64,000 nt of DNA from Octopus vulgaris (lineage: Eukaryota), in NCBI GenBank assembly GCA_951406725.2, contig OX597838.1, positions 7,316,001-7,380,000 on the forward strand, given 5' to 3'. The notes under the pieces were generated by a model, which worked only from the letters and a program-made list of their open reading frames with translations, had not been told where the DNA came from and did not search any database. Position numbers and translations under genes: made by a program. Shown piece after piece: positions 42,110 to 57,114 of the stretch (its first letter is position 1; the number at the start of each line of letters is the position of its first letter).

Positions 42110-42799
42110 ACAGTAAAAGAGACACTTGTAGTTTATATGTGAATATGTTGGCGTGTCTGTGTGTGTGTCTGTATGAATGTATGCAAGTGTGAATATGTGT
42201 GTGTGCTTGTGTGTGAATGTTTTGTGTGCGCACGTATATATTTGTAACCTTGTTTCAAGTCTAATAAGTATGTCGTAATTTCGATTCCTCAAATTGAAAG
42301 AACGAAAATTAATAAATATAAAAACTGTCAGAAACATATATACGCTCACTAATAACTGCACATCTACATACATACACACACACACACATACACATAATTA
42401 CAAATACTTCCATACACAAAGTAGTACTTGCGCACACATAGAAAGAAAACGGATACACAAACATCAAATAAAACAATCATAAGTAGAGTATAGCAGAATA
42501 GCAAATTAAAATATAATGAAAATAATGAAACGCTGAAACGCGATCAACAACAGCAACAGGATAAACATTATCAGCATTATTAAGAGAAGCATTAACAACA
42601 ATGCGAAAACAAAGTAGAATTAAAAGCAACGACAGAAATGAAGAAATATCAAAGAACAACCTACAACACCCACAATAACCATAAACATATCGTTGGATTT
42701 CATTCAATAAGACAAACAACTGCATCAAGTGCACGAACTTCTTTCTCTATTTTCGCTTTCTTCTTTGTAATTCTCTCCCCAACGCCACCATAAAGAATC

Positions 42800-43540
<741 letters not shown>

Positions 43541-43838
43541 ATTACTTTTGTTGTTTACTATTTCTCTTCTACTAGAATCATTTAGTTGAACAACAGGACT
43601 TATATTAATGGCGCCATCTTGATAAAACATAATTATTCAACGTCGCTCTTTCGCAAATTATCTTCAACGTTTCGAAAGGAGAATAAAGTGGAAGCGAAAA
43701 TTTTCTATAAATCTGGAAAAATAATAAAGAAAAATGATAATAATAAAAGTAATAGTTAAAATCCAGAAAACAATAAAGACATCAACAAAGCAAAAACAGT
43801 GAAAAGCAACAACAAAAACCACCGACGACAACAACAAC

Positions 43839-43915
<77 letters not shown>

Positions 43916-44069
43916 GTGGCATTACTGATGGTTTTGTTTGGAATAACACATTCGAACAGTTTAATTGAACAGAACAATAAAAATTTGTCAACACCTTGTA
44001 GGCTTGCTTTATTAATATGGTTAAGTGTAGAAGTAATGTACAATTTGTACGTGTCTATTATAAATTGCT

Positions 44070-44104
<35 letters not shown>

Positions 44105-44138
44105 TTATATATATATATATGTATACAAGCATATATAC

Positions 44139-44181
<43 letters not shown>

Positions 44182-44201
44182 AGCATATATACATATACAC
44201 A

Positions 44202-44232
<31 letters not shown>

Positions 44233-44704
44233 TGCTTGTGTGTGTTGGTCGTTATGTGTGTGTATATACATACATATAATTATATGTATTTTTGTATGCG
44301 AGTATTATGAGTGTATACGTACACAGATATGTATATATGTTTGTGTGTGTATGTGTGTACGTATGTATGTATATACACACACACATATATATATATATAT
44401 ACATATACCATTTGTCTCTCTCTCAAGCTTTACACATATCAATAAGTGTATTTGTCTGTTCATCACTATTTTCCACTTGATAATTCATAGAATCGAATCC
44501 ACAGTCATCCCCTCCTCCTCCTCCTACTTTTCTTCTTCTTCTTCTTCTTCTGCTTCTGCCCGCCGCTCTCTCACCTTCCTTCATCACATTTTACTCTGTT
44601 TCTATCTCATTATTACAAGATAAACGTAAACCACTGCGTTTCACAAAATGCTGTAAATTTCACTGCATTATGGTTAGTTAATTGTCTAACTCTAAAACAT
44701 ACCC

Positions 44705-44852
44705 ATAGGGGCGTGGCTAAGCTTGCTTTCAACCATGAAATTTTGGTTTCAGTCCCACTGAGCAGCGCATTGGACGAGTTTCTTACACTTGTTCCGAGTC
44801 GGCCAGATGGACAGAGTGATTTTCGTAGGCGAGAACCGAAATAAGTACGCTG
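44705..44852 (+). mobile_element. Degenerate SINE family A head
   Basis: GGCGTGGCT...GCTTGCTTTCAACCA...GTTTCAGTCCCACTG...GTGATTTTCGTAGGCGAGAACCGAAA. Confidence 0.55.
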
Positions 44853-44857
44853 TATTT

Positions 44858-45290
44858 ATAAATTTATATACTAATGTTTTGTGAAAGAGTACAACAGGGG
44901 TCGCCACCACCCCCTGCCGGAACCTCGTGGAGCTTTAGGTGTTTCCGCTCAATAAACACTCACAATACCCGGTCTGGGAATCGAAACCGTGATACTACGA
45001 CCGCGAGTCCGCTGCCCAAAACACTGGGCCATTGCGTATCCACACTAATGTTTACATTATGTGTATAAAAATTTATATACTAATGCTTTGTGAAAGAGTG
45101 CAGCATGTTTCGCCACCACTCACTGCCGGAGCCTCGTGAAGCTTTAGGTGTTTTCACTCAATAAACACTCCCAATATCCGGCCTAGGGCTCGAAACCGCG
45201 ATCCTACGACAAGTCCGCTGCCCTAAGCACTGGGCCATTGCGCCTCCACGGTAATGTTTATATTATGTGTATAAAGATTTATATAATGAT
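44858..45290 (-). mobile_element. Tandem duplication of a short SINE family C copy with its flank (~210-bp unit)
   Basis: SINE copies at 44880-45043 and 45090-45250, each preceded by AAATTTATATACTAATG(T/C)TTT and followed by TAATGTTTA(C/T)ATTATGTGTATAAA. Confidence 0.85.
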
Positions 45291-45504
45291 GCTTATATAA
45301 TGTGTGTATAAATTTATAAACTAATGTTCATACTAACGCTTGTTTATATTCCGAGTTATGGTAAAAATAATTTTACTTTAAACTCAAAGATTACTCAATG
45401 CAAGTTGTAGAATATATATTTATAATTCGCCAACAAGTCTATTTGATGAAGGTAAATATGTGCCAAACCTCCAAGTCACTGGTTATACCATTGTAGTTAA
45501 TAAT

Positions 45505-45720
45505 CCTTTCTACTATAGGCGCGGGGCCTGGAACATTGGAGAGGGGGTGGTTGTCGATTATATCAACCCCTGTGCGTAACTCGTGGTTATTTTATCGACT
45601 CCGACTTGACGAAAGGCAAATTCGACCACAGTGAAATTTGAACTCTGAGCGTCAAGGCGGACGAAACACTGCAAAACATTTTGCTTGAAACGGTAACGAT
45701 TCTGTCAACCTGCTGCCTTC
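45505..45720 (-). mobile_element. Diverged SINE family B, tail type 2
   Basis: Minus strand AAGGCAGCAGGTTGACAGAATCGTTA...CAGAGTTCAAATTTC...GTCGATAAAATAA...GGGGTTGATATAATCGAC. Confidence 0.75.
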
Positions 45721-46140
45721 ATTTCTGTTAATGTCACCGAAGGTTTTTTGCGTGTGCGCGCGAGTTTCTATGACCAAAGATTCTCCAGTTTCTTTATTGA
45801 AATCCATTTTTTTTTATTTTGTTTTTCCTTCTTTTTTTCTTATATTTTTTACGAAACATTGGGCTGCAATGTAGGAATAATTAGAAAGATTTATACAAAG
45901 GAAGATTACTAAATTTGGTCAATGAAAGGATTTTTTGATAATGAAGATTGGTCGCCCATGCATGAACTCAAGGCCAAAGCAAAAATTTCATAATAATTTG
46001 AAAATTGCTTCTCAGTTGCCGAAAGTTAGAACAACCACGAGGTAGTCGTTAATTACATTCAAAAAACAAAAAAAAAGAATTATAGGTTTTCTTAGAAAAA
46101 TATTCACGAATATTTTTGGTGTCCAGTATATTTTGCATAA

Positions 46141-46555
46141 TTAGAAAACCGTTTTAAATAATGCAAAATAACTCAAATGCGCTAAGGGCAAGAATTCTGA
46201 GTTGTGGGGAACGATGTTCTGCAAAAGATTTTTGATAGTTTGACATTTGCATTTTTGCTGCACAAAGAAGGAATAAAAAATGGAATTTACCCGTAAGCAT
46301 GAAAATTTAAGTTTGGAAAACAAAATCACATATGTTAGAACAAAAAAATATATAAGCTCCGATGCACGAACGTTCAATTCTATCGTGAAATTAATTTTTA
46401 ATTACCTGAAATAGCTTCTTTAATCTCCAAATTGTCGTTTTAGTCTTTGAGGCATCCTGAAAATTACCATCGAGTTAAGTTAGCCTTCTTCAACTAAGCG
46501 TCAAATTTCAATCAGTTCATTAATCATAATTAGGACATTCACTCCATCTTTACGT
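46141..46555 (-). pseudogene. Possible decayed Merlin (ISXO2-like) transposase fragment
   Basis: Minus-strand fragments DGVNVLIMINEL...VIFRMPQR...TYVILFSKLKFSCLRVNS...FFV...QTIKNLL...LSYF loosely follow the GGxxxxVEIDE...WVFG.VER...AY..L...F.H..VNHS..FV...TQTIE.LW pattern; judged by eye only. Confidence 0.35.
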
Positions 46556-46769
46556 ACGTGATTACGTATGCTACCCACCAAAATAGACTTGTAGTTGATG
46601 AAGAATCGAATGTGCTACGTCTACAGTGTTGTCATATTTTTGTAACGAAAAGAATAAGAAAAGAAAGAAGAAAGTTAAAAAATGAGGAATTTTCCCTGAT
46701 TTCAGTTTATTCATTCCTGTGAAATGACTAGAAATTCCTGACAAAATTAGGAAGTTGTGCGTTGTCCAG

Positions 46770-46771
<2 letters not shown>

Positions 46772-46866
<95 letters not shown>

Positions 46867-47045
46867 CATTATTATAAAAACTCACAGCCTATTTTACTGG
46901 GTATGATGGAAAGTGGTGTTAGCTGTCCACGGCCGGCTGACTAAGGTGTCACTTGTCTTCTAGTCATGCTTCAATAACTATGCGAACATTTCTTGCAGTT
47001 CCAAGGAATGGTGATTTTTGTAGGTGTTTTACCTTCACACTTTGA
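46772..47045 (-). mobile_element. 3' end of a second R4/Dong-like non-LTR retrotransposon joined to (TAA)n
   Basis: Minus-strand translation VKVKHLQKSPFLGTARNVRIVIEA* (stop at 46964-46966) fits LQKxxLLGTARILRxVL; ~90-bp 3' UTR then (AAT)n. Confidence 0.7.
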
Positions 47046-47113
47046 AAAGAAACTTTACAGTTGTTAAAATGGGCAACACAGCATTATCCAATCTGTCGTA
47101 GAGCACAGAGATA

Positions 47114-47345
47114 TATTTCTTTATTGCCCTCAAGGGGCTAAACACAGAGAGGACAAACAAGGGCAGTCAAAGGGATAAAGTCGATTACATCGACACCTTG
47201 CGTATCTGGTATTTTATTTATCGACCCCGAAAGGGTGAAAGGCAATGTAGACTTCGGCGGAGTTTGAACTTAGAACGTAACGGCAGACGAACTACTGCTA
47301 AGCATTACGCCCGGTGCGCTAACAGTTCTGCCAGCTCGCCGCCTT
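47114..47345 (-). mobile_element. SINE family B, tail type 1, full length
   Basis: Reverse complement colinear with 36657-36890. Confidence 0.9.
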
Positions 47346-47355
47346 ATGTGAGAGA

Positions 47356-47389
<34 letters not shown>

Positions 47390-48046
47390 ACGTGAATGTA
47401 CGTATACATATATATATATATATATGGGTGTATATAATGCATAATATATGTGCGGTTATTATATATGCAAGAATTCTAGCGCAAGCACATGGAGGTGTAT
47501 GGGTATATGCCTTTGCATGCATAAGTGTTTATACGCAGACATATCAATATGTAATACACATACGCATATAGAAGCGTCTGTGCACGTGTGTGCTCGCCTG
47601 CGTATGTGTGTGTTTGTGTGGGTGTGCGTGTTTGTGGTTGTGTGTGTCTGTCTATTCCTAATGCCAAATGGTAATGGTTGGGGGGACGTAGGACAGGACC
47701 GTCCAATAGAAATAATGGTGGATATGTCACATTTAATGGACTTCAATGTAAAATTGTATTACTATGAGTTCCCATATATATCACCGATATGCACTTGTAC
47801 ATAGCGCGTTAAATGGATGCATGTAATGTATTTATGTGTGTATGTATGTATGTACTTAAGCATATATGTGTGCATGTATGCATGCACGTATGAAAGGTGT
47901 ACTTATGAATATTATAGAATTACAATATAACATTACGACTTGGTATGAATTGGCATGAACCAATTTAAAACAACACACACACAGGTACACACACAAACAT
48001 AACATACATTGACACACAGAAATATATGTGTCTGCGTGTGTGTTTT

Positions 48047-48080
<34 letters not shown>

Positions 48081-48239
48081 TGTATGTATGTATGTATGTA
48101 TGTATTACACTCTTTGTACCATTCTATATGCCCGTCTCTGTTTATCTAAATATTTACTTATTCATTTCTCTATCTATCTATGTCTCGGGCCCTTCTTTAA
48201 TATATATAGCTCACATACACACATACACAATCACACAAT

Positions 48240-48330
<91 letters not shown>

Positions 48331-48441
48331 TACATACATACATGCATACATACATATATATAGGCAGAGAGACAGTGAGAAAGAAACAATTACAAAGACG
48401 GAGCGAAAGAGATGAATAGACACACACACACACATCGACAT

Positions 48442-48501
<60 letters not shown>

Positions 48502-49120
48502 ATAGACATACATACATGCATAAATACTTAAGTAAGTACATGTATGCGATTGAGGAGTCGCGCATGATTACAAACCCTCCTCCAAATTTCATTTTGCCAA
48601 CATTAACGTGAATGCGGGACGTTAATGCCATTTCTAAATGACGTTAAGTAGAGCAGGTCATGGAATGGAAACAGCTACAAAGGACATCCAATTAGAAAAT
48701 CTTATTTACCTTGGCACTATACACTCTCTTGATGGGCTTCTAGATTCTGGCCTAGATTCATCGCCATCTATATTTTCGTGTCTTTCATTTTTATTTGGCG
48801 GGAATGCGTAAACGAATGTATGCATTTGTGTATCTCTATGTTTGTATATTTATTTGTATGTATGGAGTTTAGCTGGTGGAGATAATCCTATAGGGATATA
48901 AATCACACAGAGACATGGCGTGCGGTCGCTGTGTAGGTATATTTATTAATATACGTGTATACTGCTATATACACGCCTTTTTATTTTGTTAGGCTGATAC
49001 AGTTTCAAATATATATATATATATATATAAATACATGTGTGTGTGTGCATCATTTGTGTATATTTAATTATATATACTTTCAATACGTACACACACACAC
49101 ACTTGTAAATATACTTACAT

Positions 49121-49191
<71 letters not shown>

Positions 49192-50019
49192 GGCATGTAT
49201 ATGTGTGTGTGTATGTATATGTGAGTATATATATATATATATATATGTATACACACACACACACACACATACATATATATGTATATATACATATATATGT
49301 GTTTGTATATATGTATATAGACACACACATACATGCACACGTATTCTTACACATTATCAAATGAATCGTAGTCATCAATCAAAACCAGTGAAGTGTGTAT
49401 AAATAAATGATGAGGAATATAGGTCAGGAAGCTACAGTGCCCGGCGCATCAGAGAGTAATCAAACATGGCTCTCAGACGTACAACACGTTAACACCACAA
49501 GACAAAACATATAGTCTATATCTATATTTCTGGATACGGTCTGTTTGATTTACCTTCAAGCAGTGCTGTACAAAGAGCGAATTGGACGCCATCTCAATAT
49601 CATTTTATTTCATTTCAGGTGATGGAAAAATTTTTCCAGTTCTTCTATCTTTATGTTTTTTTCTGTGTTGTTTTTCTTTCCTTTTTCGTTTTTGATTTTC
49701 CAACGACGTAAAACTAATACTAGATTAATATAGCTATGTACTCGACAAGTGACATTTGACGCTGTTAATATCGTAGTGTGTGATATCCCACTAGGTTTTT
49801 ATTTCATGTTTGCCATTGATGTCAACGCATAAGCTTTCCTCGTTAATGTATTATTAATATTCAATACGTCGACACATGTTGTATGCTTGTTTGTATATGA
49901 GTGAGTGTATGTGTGTGTGTTTCTGTTTGCGTGTGTGCGAGTGTGTGTGTCTGTGTGTGTGTGTGCGTACAATGTGCGTATATATAATTTTAAAGCGACA
50001 TATTTTCACACCTATAATC

Positions 50020-50116
<97 letters not shown>

Positions 50117-50782
50117 TTTTATATATACATATATTTACATATATATGTATTTATATATACATACATATATACTCATATATATATATACATGTGTTTATGT
50201 ATATATATATATATATATACACACATACATATATATAGTATATATAAGTGTGTGTCTGTGTTAGTGTGTAGGTGCGTTCCCACATATAATCACACATTCA
50301 TTATAGGTTCTTACCAATATTTAATACGCACATATAAGCACGTATGCATATGTCTATATGTCCTGCATGGATACGTATATATCTATGTACATACATGCAT
50401 ATATAGACCCTCACACACGTACACACGCACTCACTCACGTATATATATATATATTACATAATATTTCATTTGATATCAAATATCCGTAGTATCTTACATG
50501 TTTAATCGTATAGTGACCTCTTTGGACTGTTGTATAAATAGTGTTAAGTGTTCTGTGTGCTAGGTGGAGTGTTTAACTGCTTGTTGGGGTTGTTCAAGCA
50601 TTTGAAGTTAGATAACTTTGTAGACGAGGATTTTGTTCGTCCACCGATTGAGAAAGGATTGAAATTTATAAACATAAGCGCCATTAACACTTCGCGGTAT
50701 GCTTTGTTTTTGACAATGTACCCTTGTAATTATGTGAATATGTTTCTCCAAGCCTAGACTTTTGAAAATTCTCTGCTCCATT

Positions 50783-51083
<301 letters not shown>

Positions 51084-51111
51084 TGTGGATGGATGAATTG
51101 AGAGATCGATG

Positions 51112-51290
51112 GATATGTTTCTTTATTAGCCTAACAAGGCTGAACACAGAGGGGACAAAATACAAAGTATATCTTTTCTTTTTGGCAAGGAAATAAAAAA
51201 TGTGGGGTAGTATTTCGATCAAAAGTGATCGTGAAAATAAAAGGAACCCAATCAATATGGAGGCCGCATGAAACATGGCGGCTCATTAAG
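51112..51290 (-). mobile_element. 3' UTR-like end of a retroelement (possibly L1/Tx1 group) next to (GATA)n
   Basis: Ends ...AAGAAAAGATATACTTTGTATTTTGTCCCCTCTGTGTTCAGCCTTGTTAGGCTAATAAAGAAAC; second copy at 24830; clade assignment is inference. Confidence 0.55.
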
Positions 51291-51961
51291 TTTAAACAAC
51301 TAGAAACCTTCTGAAGGTAACTTCATAAGGCATATCATTCAGAGCACATCTTTTTGTTGCGACATAGTCATACTTTCTCCATTCACATGTTCTCTACAGA
51401 ATGACTCTCAGCTGTGATTAAATTCTGCCTCAACATCACGCATTTCAAAGCAAATACGAAGACATTGTCACTAATTCTTCATTTAATTCATGCAAATTTC
51501 CTCGAGACTGAAGCATAGAATTTGTTGTAATTCGAAAAATTCGTACAATAAAACCTTAACGAGATCGCCTGGTATGATACTACCTGGCACTTAACTTGAA
51601 CAATTCTGTACAAGAATATCTCTATTGGTACGTATTTGCTTTCAGTTACATTGGAAATCCACTAATGCCGGACACCACTTCGTCTTCTCCATTTTGCCGT
51701 AGAGCTTTATCATTCTTCGTCCCTAATAACGTTCTTATTAAACAAACAATTGCTGTATATCAACCAAAGACAGTGCTTCCTAATGGTTCCTTCAGATTAC
51801 AGTTACTGTATTTCGAGGTTTCAAATAAAATTGTCCACTCTGTGTGTTGTGATAGGCGTATCGTCACAGAATTCAATATATTGAGACACACGAAACACGA
51901 CAGTCAGATTTTTAAATAATGTATTATTAAACTCGCTGGAGACTAATCTATTGTTATAACC

Positions 51962-52312
51962 GCAGGTGCGGTTGTGTGGTAAGAAGCTTGCTTCCCTACC
52001 GGCTTCAGTCTCACTACGTGGCAGCTTGGGCACGTGTCTTCTACTTTAGCATCGAACCGACAAAAGCCTAGTGGATGCATTTAGTAGACGGAAACTGAAA
52101 GAAGCGCATCGTATATATAAACATATGTGTGTGTATGCTTGTGTGTCTGTTCCCCAAGTATCGCTTGAGGACGGATGTTGGTGTGTTTTCGCCTCCGTAA
52201 CTAAGCGGTTCGGCAAAGGAACCGATACAATAAGTTCCAATCTTAAAAGTGTAAGGCCTGGTGGTGCTCCAGAATGGTCACTGTCAAATGACTGAAACAA
52301 GTAAAAGAACAA
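51962..52312 (+). mobile_element. SINE family A, full length, diverged
   Basis: Colinear with 13350-13754 including tail GGTGGTGCTCCAGAATGGTC...ATGACTGAAACAAGTAAAAGA. Confidence 0.88.
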
Positions 52313-53299
52313 AAGATTAGACGGAGACTCTTCTTAGATACAGAAAAAAAATAGAAGTTACAATCATATGTTATGTGTTTCATGGGAAAGAAGGATGAAA
52401 ATACATCACTGGGGGTGTGTCTCTCTGTCTACTCAAAATTCATGTTAGATACAGAAGTGACCTTCCACCGAATTGAATTACAGGTAAATGTGGTTGGTTC
52501 TAAGAAAATAAAACAGATATACACAGACCTTCTCGCAAAGATGTAGGGAGTAACCGTATTCTAATATATTGATGAATATGAAGATTATAACAGAAACTCA
52601 ATGAAAATACCCACACCACAAACGCACATATGCATACATACGTACATACATACATGTATATATATATATATGTATTTATATATTTACATATATATATATA
52701 TACAGATATATATACATGTATATGTATACATATAAGCAAATATATACATATATAGGCACACACAAATACACATAAATATATATATTCACATCATTTTTGT
52801 CTGGTGGTGTCGAAACTGTGATGGTATATGGTCAGCGGATGAGCAACTGGTCTCGTTTGTACACATTGCCTGCGCATCTTCGCTTTCACTCGAAATACTT
52901 TTGTCGTCCCTCTCTGAAAACATTTCTCCACATACATATATATATATGGGTGTGCGTGTAATGTGTGCTTCTATGTGTGTATGTATTTATTAAAAGACAA
53001 GACAGATTTCAACTCAGCTGATAAAATAACGGCGACAACCGGTTTCTTTCTGATTGAGTAAGTATAGGTTGTTAGTGAATGAAATTTAACTAATAACACG
53101 GAAGGATTTTCTTCTGGTTAACGTTTAGGATATCCACTTTTTTTTAGCAGAAGTATATTCTAATATATTCTAATATAAATGTCTCTCAGACATTTCTAGC
53201 AAGATAACATCTATATCTTCAATCCCTGAAGAATTCTACTAAATTATAAATTAGATTCCTCTAACACTAGTATGAATGTTTATATCTTAATCTCCTCAA

Positions 53300-53565
53300 C
53301 TAACTTCATCGTAGTCATCGTTGTCATCAACATCACCATAATCATCACCACCTCCACCACCACCACCACCACCACCATCGTTATCATAATCATCATTATC
53401 ATCTTTGCCATCATCATCATCATCATCACCACAATCGCCATGATCATCATCATCATCATCACCACCATCAGCAGCAGCAGCAGCATCATAATCATCATGA
53501 TCATAATCATCAGGATCATCAGCATCAGCATCATCAGCATTATCATCGTCATCGTCATCATCAAC
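53300..53565. repeat. Degenerate (ATC)/(ACC)/(AGC) triplet array
   Basis: Directly visible. Confidence 0.95.
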
Positions 53566-53569
53566 AATT

Positions 53570-53715
53570 GTTGGACCGTTCGACAGGTGCTGACAAGCCT
53601 AAGGGCTTCACCAGGCTCCGTTTGTCTGTTTTGCGATGGTTTCTTACGGATGGATGCCCGTCTTAACGCCAGTCACTTTACAGACTCTACTGGGTACCCT
53701 TTACGTAGCACCTGT
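53570..53715 (-). mobile_element. Probable SINE 3' fragment with (TGA)n tail
   Basis: Minus strand TGGCGTTAAGACGGGCATCCATCCGTAAGAAACC resembles the GGCGTTAGGAAGGGCATCCAGCCGTA motif of RTE-associated SINEs; single copy here. Confidence 0.45.
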
Positions 53716-54202
53716 CCAGGTACTTTCCACGTGACATCGTCTCAGTTTTTTGTTTTTTGTTACGCGACATCAGCACAGACGTATTTCACTAGAACACTTC
53801 GTCATCTAAATAAATGGACGCTCTAATTTCACTTCTTTCTGAGCAGAATGTTATAAATATAATGAAAACCATTATGAATAAGATAATTAATTCATAAACT
53901 TAGCCAGTTAAGTGACGTGTAGACAATACACAGTTGGTAGAATAATCGAATAACTGAATGTAATATAGTTTAAGGAAGAGCCCGGAAGATCCATCATGGC
54001 GATAATCCTTGAAATATTATTAAATTCAACAATATGTAAGTTCAGATTTGTCAAAATATTATTGACAAACCTGTTTGGAATTACAATTAAATCCAAAGCT
54101 CAGAGATAAGTAAAAAATAAAATAAAGGAACCACAAGAACCCAGAATTAATATTAATGCGTTCCTGCTTTGAGGGATGTTTTTCATGGTAGAAGTTTATG
54201 GT

Positions 54203-54240
<38 letters not shown>

Positions 54241-54347
54241 CACAGAGAGAGAGAGAGACATACGTATTCCGTTTACAGAGACAAACATGACATATCATTC
54301 CTTGTAGCCATGAATATATTATATCAAAATTCCTGCATACACGGCTG

Positions 54348-54450
<103 letters not shown>

Positions 54451-54464
54451 CATATATATATATA

Positions 54465-54584
<120 letters not shown>

Positions 54585-54638
54585 TGAGAGAGAGGGCGAG
54601 CCATACATATATATACATGCGTGTTGTATATTTATGAC

Positions 54639-54670
<32 letters not shown>

Positions 54671-54896
54671 ATATGTATGTATGTGTGTATGTATGTATGT
54701 ATGTATATGCATATCTAAACATAAATATGGTTGTATTGAGTTGGGCACAAATATAAATTTCCGGAACTCTATTTTCTTATATATTTAAGTTTACACATAT
54801 GTGAGTTTCCATAAATTTATTTATTTCGAGATGGCAATCACATACACACATACAGAAACTCTCAGAAATTCCCATATATATCTCTGTGTGTGTATC

Positions 54897-54948
<52 letters not shown>

Positions 54949-54999
54949 ATTTAAATATTGTTTATTGGCTAAACTGGCAATATGACCATTCCGAAATAT

Positions 55000-55069
<70 letters not shown>

Positions 55070-55470
55070 GTATATATATACACATATACAACGCTGTCTA
55101 TGCATATATATGTACGTATAGCTGTATATAAATATACGTGTGTAATTGTGTGCGTGTGCGTGCGTGTGTGTATTAAGAAGACCCCTAGGTTTCTCGTTAT
55201 ATACAAATAACTATCACCAAAGAAATACTGAAAATATAAAAGACTCGCATTTTATAACAACAATAGACAATATTTTATGTGTTTATATACATAACATGCC
55301 ATAGTACTGACATTGTATGCAGTAACCGGCCTTGATGAATTATCTGCAAATATGTTATATGTAGAAAAATTTGGGGAATAACGCTTATAACTATCGAATA
55401 TATTATATCAGACATCCATTGAGCGAACACGCACACGCATGCATATATAAAATCCATTCTTATGAATGCG

Positions 55471-55658
55471 ATTCTATATTTAAGAGATGAGGAATTATGT
55501 GCATTATTTACATTATATACAACTGACGAATATTTGTCCTCATCTTTTTTGTTGTTAACACAACGTTTCGGCTGATATACCCTCCAGCCTTCATCAGGTG
55601 TCTTGGGAAATTTCGAACCTGGGTTCTCAATTTTTTCGAACCTGGTTTCCCATTCCTA

Positions 55659-55727
<69 letters not shown>

Positions 55728-55738
55728 GTATTTTTCGA

Positions 55739-55824
<86 letters not shown>

Positions 55825-55891
55825 TATTCAGGCCACAACCTGGAATCGAACTCGGAATCTTGGGGCTAGTAGCTCGCGTTCATAACCACTA
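55471..55891 (-). mobile_element. tRNA-headed short element carrying a hammerhead ribozyme
   Basis: Minus strand order: tRNA-like head (TAGTGGTTA...GAGTTCGATTCC, 55891-55828), (AAT)n spacers, conserved linker, hammerhead 55602-55557, 3' end ...CTTAAATATAGAAT shared with the copy at 22643. Confidence 0.8.
55557..55602 (-). ncRNA. Minimal type-I hammerhead ribozyme with intact core
   Basis: GACAC-CTGATGA-A-GGCTG-GAGGGTATAT-CAGCC-GAAACGT-T-GTGTT: stem I ACAC/GUGU, 5-bp stem II, palindromic ACGU stem III, predicted cleavage after GUU (between 55562 and 55561). Confidence 0.82.
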
Positions 55892-55894
55892 GAA

Positions 55895-56025
55895 GCATAT
55901 GGCGTAGTGGGTAAGAGCGCGGGTTACTAACCCCAAAATTCTCAGTTCGATTCCAAGCACTGATCTGAATAATAATGATAATAGCAACATCGAAAAATAC
56001 CTCAGGAATGAGAACCCAGGTTCGA
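55895..56025 (+). mobile_element. Inverted partner copy of the tRNA-headed element, truncated before the ribozyme
   Basis: TGGCGTAGTGG A-box, AGTTCGATTCC B-box, short AAT tract, CATCGAAAAATAC...GGAATGAGAACCCAGGTTCGA, reverse-complementary to 55613-55891. Confidence 0.85.
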
Positions 56026-56062
56026 CGCTTTGTGCTCCCACTAAAAAGAATTATATCTAAAT

Positions 56063-56101
<39 letters not shown>

Positions 56102-56955
56102 GAGTGCTGCAGCACTAACGGGCATTAAGGATAGCAGGCACAAAATCACAACACCTAACTCAACGAAGCTCCTGCTGTTTCGAGATGCAGTTTTGTCGCC
56201 TGCATCAGAGAGTATCACCAAGCGGTTCAAGTGTCACTGTTGAAGAGGCTAAAACCTCTACAGAGCTGTTTCACCGCCTGTAAAGACATAAAGACATCAA
56301 CGCTCGCATTGGAACCAATACCGCAAAACACTCAGCACACAACATTTAAAACGTAAGCCTATAATTAAGTCACCCCAGTTTTTCGTGCTTCTTTCTATCA
56401 CCAAGCAAAAGCCAAGAACCTGCATCACAAAAGAACGAGTGCTTTTCAACGCATCTCATCGTGTTGTGCTTTTGTTTTTTCTTTTATTTATACCTAACTT
56501 ATCCTGCACTGCATTATCCAAAGTAGTCGCCTTGCTTTGAAAAAAGCTTAGCGAACGAAACACTTGACTGGTATTTCAAACAAGCCGGACAAAGAAGTCG
56601 ACACACAACAACGTACATGCATGCTTTGATATTTTTGATATTTTATTTAATAATACGACACCTTAATGAAATCCTTCTCTAAACTAACATGCAATAGATA
56701 ACAAGTATCTAACTAGGGAAGCGTACGACAGTTACGAGGTGGAAACGTGTAATAATATCGCCATATTTCTTGTGTTTATTATATTTATAACTGTATCGAT
56801 ACACGCATATGCTGTTTACGGAACAGTACTTTAATTATATATATATACATATTTGTGTGTGTATAATATATACATGTATACATGCATATATACATTCATG
56901 AATATATATAAGTATATATATATATGTATATATACGTATTTATATATATATGTAC

Positions 56956-57011
<56 letters not shown>

Positions 57012-57082
57012 ATATATATATGTACGTATGTATGTATATATATATATATATGTATATATACATACATACATACATACATACG

Positions 57083-57114
<32 letters not shown>

